Positions 6,002 to 13,207 of a stretch of 16,658 nucleotides of DNA are shown piece by piece. The notes below the pieces were generated by a model. That model did no database searches. It was not told the origin of the DNA and was given only the letters and a program-made list of their open reading frames with translations. Origin of the DNA: Planctomycetota bacterium (GTDB lineage Bacteria; Planctomycetota; GCA-002687715; DRQF01); NCBI GenBank assembly GCA_036479435.1, contig JAZGFI010000160.1, forward strand, positions 1 through 16,658, in the 5' to 3' direction. Position 1 is the stretch's first letter. Each line of letters starts with the position of its first letter. Made by a program: the position numbers and the translations under genes.

Positions 6002-7464
6002 TGGCCAATCAAAAATCACTTCTCGATACCATGGTGCAAGAACTTTCTGATCGCACCAACGACGAGAAAGAAGCCAAGAGCCTCGTCAAGAACATTGTCG
6101 ATGAGGTCATTGGTGGGCGTGTCCACTGGAAAAAGAACGTCGCGCAAACTGTCGAAAAGGCAATTGAGGAGCTCGACGTTTTGGTTTCGGCTCAGCTTGC
6201 TAAGGTCATGCACCACCCAGAATTCCAGCAACTCGAAGGATCTTGGCGTGGTCTCAACATGCTCATTCGGCGTAGCGACCTGGGCACACACACCAACATG
6301 TTTGTTGAAGTCTTAGACATCTCAAAAGAGGAGTTACACGAAGACCTCACAGCCTCTGATTCGCTCAATCAAAGCGAGATGTACAAAAAGGTCTACTACC
6401 AGCAGTACGACATGGGCGGTGGAAAACCCTACGGCGTCATGATTGGTGACTATGCCTTCGCAAACTCTGCGGATGACCTCGAGACTCTCGACCTCATGGG
6501 GAAAATCGGCGAGCGTGCATTTTGCCCCTTTATCTCGTCCGCTGCACCAGACCTTTTGGGACTCAAGAAGTACTCGGAGCTCCCCAACCCCGACGACCTC
6601 GGCGCGAAGTTCGAAGCGGCTACGCACGCCCAATGGCGAAGCCTAAGAGGCAAACCTCATGCGAGGTATATCGGCCTCACACTTCCTCGCGTGGTGTCTC
6701 GTCTGCCCTACGGCCCGAGTACCAAGAAGGTCAAAGAATTCAATTTCAAAGAGGTACCCACGAACGGCGATCACACTGAGGTGGTCTCGGACGATCAGTA
6801 CTGCTGGTCCAATGCTGCCTATTCTTACGGCACCCTGCTGACCAATGCATTCGCGGAAACGGGCTGGTACTCACGAATTCGCGGTCAAGAAGGTGGCGGA
6901 AAAGTCGAAGACCTCCACGTTCATACGGTACGAACGAATTCCGGCGACATCGTTCAGAACTGTCCTACGGAAATCAACATCTGGTACGAACGCGACAAGG
7001 AACTAAGTGATGCCGGCTTCTTGCCGTTGCATCATTTCAAAGGCTCTGATTACGCCGTGTTCGACAGTGGGCAGAGCATTCAGAAGCCGGTCGCATACGA
7101 CGATCCTGCCGCCTCAAGCAGCGCACAGTTGTCAGCGCGCATGCCTTATGTGCTCGTGACATCCCGCATCGCGCACTACCTCAAAGTGTTGGCCCATCGA
7201 TGGGTAGGAACTTACAAAGAGGGCCCTGACCTCCAAGAGCAACTCCAGCGTTGGATCATGCAATACGTCAGCGCCGACGAAAACCCGTCCGAAGAAGTGA
7301 AGGCCCTCAAGCCGCTCAAGGAAGCACGTGTCGAAATCACTCCCGATCCTGACAACCCGGGCTCCTATCAAATGCAGGCTTTCTTGCGTCCCTGGTACCA
7401 GTTCGAAGAGCTTCAATCTTCCCTCCAGCTCGTTTCCAGAATTCCTAAGAGCGGCAAGGGATAA
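6001..7464 (+). CDS. tssC: T6SS contractile sheath large subunit TssC (VipB/ImpC), copy 1
   Basis: QL.KVMHHPEFQQLEGSWRGL, YKKVY..YDMGGGKPYG, LTLPRV.SRLPYG, WSNAAY, IRGQEGGGKVEDL, CPTE, SRIAHYLKV, KPLKEARVEI, LRPWYQFEEL..SLQLV. TAATG overlap with tssB and SD GGAG. Confidence 0.97.
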   Translation: MANQKSLLDTMVQELSDRTNDEKEAKSLVKNIVDEVIGGRVHWKKNVAQTVEKAIEELDVLVSAQLAKVMHHPEFQQLEGSWRGLNMLIRRSDLGTHTNMFVEVLDISKEELHEDLTASDSLNQSEMYKKVYYQQYDMGGGKPYGVMIGDYAFANSADDLETLDLMGKIGERAFCPFISSAAPDLLGLKKYSELPNPDDLGAKFEAATHAQWRSLRGKPHARYIGLTLPRVVSRLPYGPSTKKVKEFNFKEVPTNGDHTEVVSDDQYCWSNAAYSYGTLLTNAFAETGWYSRIRGQEGGGKVEDLHVHTVRTNSGDIVQNCPTEINIWYERDKELSDAGFLPLHHFKGSDYAVFDSGQSIQKPVAYDDPAASSSAQLSARMPYVLVTSRIAHYLKVLAHRWVGTYKEGPDLQEQLQRWIMQYVSADENPSEEVKALKPLKEARVEITPDPDNPGSYQMQAFLRPWYQFEELQSSLQLVSRIPKSGKG

Positions 7465-7478
7465 GCTGAATTCTCGGA

Positions 7479-9023
7479 ATGGTGTTGTCAGAAGAATTTC
7501 GTTCATCGATTGCAGCTGCCATTGCTCGTCTCGATTTCCTGATCTCTCGTCAAATTGATGAAATCCTTCATCACCCCGAGTTTCAGGAGATCGAGGCGAG
7601 GTGCCGCGCCGTCGATGAATTTTTGGGTCAACTTTCGAGAGATAAGTACTCCTATGAGACAGCGCGCCTCGAAGATGATTCGGACCAGCAACCACCACTA
7701 ACCATCGATCACAACACCGGCCTGCAGTTTCTTGAGGTCTATCTTCTCGACATCACTCACGAAGAGTTGAGTCAAGACTTCGATGAAGGTCACCGAGCTT
7801 CTGAGTTGTTTCGCAAAGCATTTCGCGGGGCTTACGACATGCCTGGCGGGCAACCATTCGGAATGTTCGTTGTCTTGTTCCCGTTCGGTCCCGACGACAT
7901 CAACACCTTGCGCGGCCTAAGCAGCATGGGCGAAGAAACCTTTGCGCCAGTCATCGCCGACGCTTCACCTCGGATGTTGGGTGTCAAGGAATTCGGCGAA
8001 CTGGAGCGGATGGATTTCGTTGCCGAAGGTTCTTTACCTACTCACGTTGAGTGGGAGAACTTCCGAGCATTACCTCGAGCCAGATTTCTGGGACTCACGG
8101 TTCCCAGAATTCTCTTAAGAAAACCCTATGAGTCTGGCTCTGCCGCTGGTGAAGTACCGGCCTGTCCACGCTGTGGGCGGTTTCTGGAGTTGGGCGGCTA
8201 CGCGAGAGGCATCACCAGGCCGAAGAGTTGCGGCACCTGTGAAAACATGGGACCGACGGATGAGAAAGCCAAGAGAGTTGGCTGCAGCTTCCTCTACAAC
8301 GAAGGCGTGACTCAGTCACGAGACCTTTTGTGGGGCCCGTCAAGCTTGCTCTTCGCCAGAACGGTCATGAGGAGTTTTCTTTGGACGGAGTGGTTTGTCG
8401 ACATCAGAGGAATTCCTCACGACGGCCAACCATTTGAGATAGCAGCACCGCGCGCTCGAGGTGGACTAATCGATGATCAGTTGTGTCGGTTCAGTGCGTC
8501 TGATTCCTATGGCACTGTAGCAATTCCGTCGGTAGATGTTTGTCTCACCTCCGAGCAAGAAAAGCACCTTAGCCGAAGCGGCTTCATCCCCTTGGTGCAA
8601 TGCCACGGGACCAACTTTCTCGCCTACTTTAGCAACGAATCGACTCACAAGATTCCCGAACACCAAAGAGGCGGCGACCCTCAAGCCGAACGACTGTCCA
8701 ACATGCTTCAGCATGTCCTTTGCTCTTCACGGTTCGCTCATTTCCTCAAACGAAAAGCGAACATGCTTGTCGGCAGCCAGGAAATAGGCACTCCGGATGA
8801 CCTGAAGAAAAACCTCCGGGAGTGGTTCAAGCACTACGTGAACGATCAAGTAGCTCAGAGCGCTGCTGCTCTTGCTGAAAAGCCACTTCGCAACGTGCGC
8901 ATTGAAGTCAAAGACGACCCCACACGACCCGGCGCCTACCATGCGGTTTTCTACCTTCAGCCACAGTCGCACCTAGATGGACTAGCTGCAGAAGTAGTCC
9001 TTGAAACGAGGCTTTCGCAATGA
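7479..9023 (+). CDS. tssC: T6SS contractile sheath large subunit TssC, divergent copy 2 (ImpD-like), with a Cys4 insertion
   Basis: IARLD.LISRQIDEILHHPEFQEIE, YDMPGGQPFG, LGLTVPRILLRKPY, LSRSGFIPL, SRFAHFLK, KPLRNVRIEV..DP.RPGAY.A..YLQP. It lacks the N-terminal segment of copy 1 and has several insertions. Confidence 0.92.
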   Translation: MVLSEEFRSSIAAAIARLDFLISRQIDEILHHPEFQEIEARCRAVDEFLGQLSRDKYSYETARLEDDSDQQPPLTIDHNTGLQFLEVYLLDITHEELSQDFDEGHRASELFRKAFRGAYDMPGGQPFGMFVVLFPFGPDDINTLRGLSSMGEETFAPVIADASPRMLGVKEFGELERMDFVAEGSLPTHVEWENFRALPRARFLGLTVPRILLRKPYESGSAAGEVPACPRCGRFLELGGYARGITRPKSCGTCENMGPTDEKAKRVGCSFLYNEGVTQSRDLLWGPSSLLFARTVMRSFLWTEWFVDIRGIPHDGQPFEIAAPRARGGLIDDQLCRFSASDSYGTVAIPSVDVCLTSEQEKHLSRSGFIPLVQCHGTNFLAYFSNESTHKIPEHQRGGDPQAERLSNMLQHVLCSSRFAHFLKRKANMLVGSQEIGTPDDLKKNLREWFKHYVNDQVAQSAAALAEKPLRNVRIEVKDDPTRPGAYHAVFYLQPQSHLDGLAAEVVLETRLSQ

Positions 9024-9799
9024 CCGATTCCGCCACTACGCTATACCGAGCCGGAAAACTCACTACCGCAATCGAAGCCGCCAAGGCCGCCATACGATCC
9101 AATCCAGGGGACGTCGATACGCGACACCTGCTGGCCCAACTCATGGCGTTCGTCGGAGACTTCCAAGCATCCGATCGGCAACTCAAGGTACTTGCCACGG
9201 AAGCGCCAGAACATCTGGTAACCATTGGTCTTCGCCGCAAGACCCTCGAAGCAGCAGAGCATCGGAGGGACGTCTTCGAACAAGGGCGATTGCCTGAGTT
9301 CCTCTGCGAACCCGACCCAATACTGAAGCACGCACTTCGATCGCTCACAGAATGGCGCGAAGGTGCGCTATCCAATGTCAAGAAACAACCGGCCGCGAAC
9401 ACCAATTCGAACTTGGTTGTCAACGATGCTGCGGCTCCAGGCCTGCATGACCTTGACGACATCCTTGCGGGTGTCCTTGAGTTTATGACCATCGATGGCG
9501 GCTACGGATGGGTTTCATGGAACGATCTGAGATCACTGAAGCTCATTGAGATCGAAGATCTCTGGGACCTCATTTGGCGACAAGCCGAACTCGACGGTAG
9601 TTTCGGCCAGATTGGACGCGTGTTCTTGCCCTGCCTCTACGTGGGAAGTGAAAAAAGCGAAGATCCCCAGGTCGCCTTAGGACGATCGACGGAATGGGAC
9701 GATGAGAGCCCAGTTCGTCGGCCTCTCGGACTTCGTATTTACGCTTCGCAGCAAAATGAATGGACAGCTCACGAATTGCAAGAAGTGCGGGCCATCTGA
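9020..9799 (+). CDS. tagJ: T6SS accessory protein TagJ (ImpE/SciE family)
   Basis: TPR-like N-terminus (LYRAGKLTTAIEAAKAAIRSNPGDVDTRHLLAQLMAFVGDFQASDRQL), then DLDDILAGVLE, YGWVSW, LWDLIW, VFLP.LY, ALGRSTEW, LGLR. ATGA overlap with tssC2. Confidence 0.92.
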   Translation: MTDSATTLYRAGKLTTAIEAAKAAIRSNPGDVDTRHLLAQLMAFVGDFQASDRQLKVLATEAPEHLVTIGLRRKTLEAAEHRRDVFEQGRLPEFLCEPDPILKHALRSLTEWREGALSNVKKQPAANTNSNLVVNDAAAPGLHDLDDILAGVLEFMTIDGGYGWVSWNDLRSLKLIEIEDLWDLIWRQAELDGSFGQIGRVFLPCLYVGSEKSEDPQVALGRSTEWDDESPVRRPLGLRIYASQQNEWTAHELQEVRAI

Positions 9800-10287
9800 T
9801 GCCGCGCAACCGAGGCGAAGCAGGGCCGCGTGTCTCCCTATTGGACCTTCTGACCGGCACGCAGGAAGATCGAGAGCGTGCCCATTCGCTCAATGCCATA
9901 CGGGAATCAGCTCGCAGGAATGTGGAGAGGATCTTGAATGGCCGCTGGCGCCCCACCGTCCACCCTCGCGAATCAGATAAAAAATTACGATCTTCCATTG
10001 CTTGCTTCGGCCTTGCCGATGTAACCGGAATGCCGCTGCAGACATCGGAGTCTATTGTCGAGCTCGTGCATGGAGTCCAACAGGCGCTCATCCTGCATGA
10101 ACCTAGGCTTGATGAAAAAAGCCTTCGTGTGAAGGACATGAGCCGGCGCGCCGAAGGCACGACCCAAAGAGAAGTGAGTCTCGTCATCACCGCAAGACTC
10201 CGAGACGACCCCATGGGCTTGCCGGTTCAATTTCGATCGACGCTCGAACTTCCCTCTCGTCGCTTTAAGGTCGTGCACGACTCATGA
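9799..10287 (+). CDS. tssE: T6SS baseplate subunit TssE (gp25-like)
   Basis: SLLDLL, IRES..RNVERILN.R, SIACFGLAD, L.LHEPRL, LVITARL, VQFRSTLEL. Start reassigned to ATG 9799 (TGATG overlap with the tagJ stop), giving 162 aa. Confidence 0.92.
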   Translation: MPRNRGEAGPRVSLLDLLTGTQEDRERAHSLNAIRESARRNVERILNGRWRPTVHPRESDKKLRSSIACFGLADVTGMPLQTSESIVELVHGVQQALILHEPRLDEKSLRVKDMSRRAEGTTQREVSLVITARLRDDPMGLPVQFRSTLELPSRRFKVVHDS

Positions 10288-12140
10288 AAGACCGACTCCT
10301 CCAGTACTTCCGGCGCGAAATCACGTCGTTCGACCGAGAAGCCGAGCAATTCGCAAGACAGCACCCGTCTGAAGCGGAACACCTTAGGATTACAACGCAA
10401 GACCCTTCGATCAGACATCTTTTTCAGGCCAATGCGTTTCTCAATGCTCGGACTCGCCTCAAGCTTGACGACTCGATTCCGGAGCTGAGTGACACTCTCG
10501 TCAACATTCTCTATCCACACTATTTGGCTCCCATACCTTCGCTTTCTCTGGTCCGGTTCGAGCCCCCGGATCTCAGCAAATGCAATGGCGAACGAATCGA
10601 ACGCAAGACTCTCATAGAATCCAAGAAGGTACCGGTACCGGGCCTGGGCACCGCTGAAGAGGCTTGCGTTTACCGAACCACAATGCCCGTCGATCTTTGG
10701 CCCATCAAGATCTCAGGAGTGTCGTTAGAACAAATCGGATCAGACCGAGAGGGCGGGCGACGACGTGGAAGATTTACGATTGCGCTGGAAAGCGGGCAGC
10801 CCGGCACACCCATCTCAGATCTTGGTGAGATCGACTATCTTCGCTTTTATCTCGGCAATCAAAACGGCTACGACATTTACGAGGGACTTTTTCGGCAGGA
10901 CGAAAACAAGAATCTTCCGCAACCGAAGGTCTACTCAGATCAGCTGCTTTCGAACGAAATCGGCAGCGATCTTCCACAGCCTCCCAAGAGTACGATCACG
11001 CCTGTCGGTTTCGGAACCGACGAGAGGCTTATCGATGAAGAGAATCGTGTTTTTGACGGGTATCAGATTCTCACTGAGTACTTCCTGTTTCCCCGAAAGT
11101 TCTTGTTTTTCGACCTGCAAATACCGCCACAACTCCTAAGGGAGATGACACACGAGAAGGTTTGGGTCAGCATCGACCTGTCTTATTTCTCACCGACCCT
11201 AAGCAATGAGTCACAAGAGGCACGGAACGGCGTGGACAAGACCGTCATGCTGGGTTGCACGCCGGCGGTCAATCTCTTCGAAGTTGGGCACGACGCCAAT
11301 GACACACCGGCCCAAATCTATGCGACAAAAGCATCGGACGAACACAAGATCATCCCGAAGCCCGAACGGGCAGAAGCACTCGAAGTCTATTCGATCGACG
11401 GCGTGCAAGAGACCGGAAAGAGAGCCAAAGACAACCGGCCTTTTCGACCGCTTTTTTCTCTTGCTCACGGCTCTCAAGACAGCCGGCATTGGTATCACAC
11501 GGTTCGTCGCACAAGCGCTGACGGGGCGGCAACCGATGTCTTTCTTTCCCTCGTTGACCTCAAGTCCAACCCGATTGATATCAGCGATCACACCTACGCC
11601 GTCAAGACGACCTGCACCAATCGCAATCTTCCCGCGGTCCTAAGAGAAAACACTCACCTGTCGCCTGACTTTCGTCTTAAAGACGGAGGCGCGATGAACA
11701 TTCACTGCGAAGTCGCACCAACAATCCCAGTTCGACCTTCAGAACGCACCGAACGAAGTTGGGCGATTATTTCTCACATCGCTTTAGGAAACACACCTCT
11801 CATCGGCAAAGACGCGTCCCCGATGCGAGAGCTACTCCGGCTTTATTGCGATTTCGGAAACGACAGTGACCGGGACAAAATAGACGCGCTGACCAAGATG
11901 GAAGGCAATCCCGGGACGGCTCGTATCGTCACGCCTCAGGGCGTTGCCGTTTGCCGTGGCACAGATCTTGAAATGACCTTTGCCAGATTCCCTGGTGTTT
12001 TCGTCTTTGCTTCAGTCCTCGCCGAGTTCTTTGAACTCTACGCAAGCGCCAACTCTTTCATCCGAGTCAAAGTAAGCACGACAACCGAAGGTGCCATCCA
12101 CCAATGGCAACCCCGGCTTAGCGGCCCTGGGGATCACTAG
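10284..12140 (+). CDS. tssF: T6SS baseplate subunit TssF
   Basis: LLQYFRREI, FARQHP..A..L, DP.I..L....AFL.AR...KLDD..PEL, LYPHYLAPIPS, GYQILTEYFLFPRKFLF, LGCTPAVNLF, EVYSID.V, CTNRNLP, F..YASANSF. ATGA overlap with tssE. Confidence 0.96.
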   Translation: MKDRLLQYFRREITSFDREAEQFARQHPSEAEHLRITTQDPSIRHLFQANAFLNARTRLKLDDSIPELSDTLVNILYPHYLAPIPSLSLVRFEPPDLSKCNGERIERKTLIESKKVPVPGLGTAEEACVYRTTMPVDLWPIKISGVSLEQIGSDREGGRRRGRFTIALESGQPGTPISDLGEIDYLRFYLGNQNGYDIYEGLFRQDENKNLPQPKVYSDQLLSNEIGSDLPQPPKSTITPVGFGTDERLIDEENRVFDGYQILTEYFLFPRKFLFFDLQIPPQLLREMTHEKVWVSIDLSYFSPTLSNESQEARNGVDKTVMLGCTPAVNLFEVGHDANDTPAQIYATKASDEHKIIPKPERAEALEVYSIDGVQETGKRAKDNRPFRPLFSLAHGSQDSRHWYHTVRRTSADGAATDVFLSLVDLKSNPIDISDHTYAVKTTCTNRNLPAVLRENTHLSPDFRLKDGGAMNIHCEVAPTIPVRPSERTERSWAIISHIALGNTPLIGKDASPMRELLRLYCDFGNDSDRDKIDALTKMEGNPGTARIVTPQGVAVCRGTDLEMTFARFPGVFVFASVLAEFFELYASANSFIRVKVSTTTEGAIHQWQPRLSGPGDH

Positions 12141-13192
12141 TGCGCCAGTCGTTCGCCACAAATAAATCCGGGTTTAGTTTCTTCGGCCTAGTGAGACGCC
12201 TTCTTCTGCGCGCAAAGACCAAATCTAATGATGGAAAATCCGTTGACCCTGTCGATGCCGTAAGGTTTTCGACTTCTCCAACCCTGCAAGCCCCGGCCAC
12301 CGAAGTTGCGGAGCTTGACGATTCCTCCACTATTCCTCGCGTGGTCGTCAATACGATCGGCCTGTACGGATCATCTGGCGCCCTTCCGCAGCACTACACT
12401 CAGCATCTTCTCCGCGAGGAAAACTCAAGCGAAGGCGCTCCGGCACTTCAGGACTTTCTCGACATCTTCAATCACCGATCTATCTCGATGTTCTATCGAG
12501 CGTGGGAGAAGAACCAGCCACTCGCTATTCTCGAACGCGAGGGGCTCGACTGGGCGGACAAGGAACAAGGCGCCATCCCTCGTCTCGCGCTTTCGCATTG
12601 CGGGCTTTGGAGCCCTGCACTCCGCCACGCTTTGGCCTTGGGTGACGACGCACTGCTTCATTTCGCCGGACCCTTGATGGCTCGGCCTAGAAATGCAGCC
12701 GGACTAGAGCGCATCCTCTCGTCCTACTTCGATTTGCCCATTCGAATTTTCGAGTTCGAACCGCAATGGCTGCAGCTCGACCCCGCGGAGCAATCCACCT
12801 TGGGACCAGAGGCTCAGTTAGGCCTCAATATGGTCTTGGGAGAGAGAGTCCTCGACGTTCAAAGCTGCCTTCGAATTCGAATCGGCCCTCTCAGTCAAAT
12901 CGACTACCAAAAGTTCATGCCTGGCGGCGACAAGCTACGTCGGCTCTGCGGCCTCGCCACCCTTTACCTTCGAAGCCACTACGATCTTCGGGTTCAACCC
13001 GTTCTTCGACGCGAAGAGGTCACAACGACCCGCTTTCCATATTCAGATCAAGAAGATTCGGGTGTAGCGCCGCAAAAACCACCGCGACTCAGCCAAAACG
13101 TTTTTCTTCAATCTCAACCTGCAACCCGTGATTTCGACGAGGCCTTTTTCATGGTCTCCACGTCACACATTCCGCCAGTGACGATGTCATGA
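12140..13192 (+). CDS. tssG: T6SS baseplate subunit TssG
   Basis: FSFFGLVRRL, GLYGSSGALPQHYT, DFLDIFNHR.ISMFYRAWEK, PRNAAGLERILSSYF, QW..L...EQSTLG, LG.RV.DVQ...RIRIGPL. TAGTG overlap with tssF. Confidence 0.95.
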   Translation: MRQSFATNKSGFSFFGLVRRLLLRAKTKSNDGKSVDPVDAVRFSTSPTLQAPATEVAELDDSSTIPRVVVNTIGLYGSSGALPQHYTQHLLREENSSEGAPALQDFLDIFNHRSISMFYRAWEKNQPLAILEREGLDWADKEQGAIPRLALSHCGLWSPALRHALALGDDALLHFAGPLMARPRNAAGLERILSSYFDLPIRIFEFEPQWLQLDPAEQSTLGPEAQLGLNMVLGERVLDVQSCLRIRIGPLSQIDYQKFMPGGDKLRRLCGLATLYLRSHYDLRVQPVLRREEVTTTRFPYSDQEDSGVAPQKPPRLSQNVFLQSQPATRDFDEAFFMVSTSHIPPVTMS

Positions 13193-13207
13193 AAGAGGAA
13201 TCGAGAC

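Noticed and set aside
9760..9798. Track start of tssE at 9760
   Set aside because: It would overlap tagJ by 40 nt. ATG 9799 gives a TGATG coupling like the other junctions in the operon.
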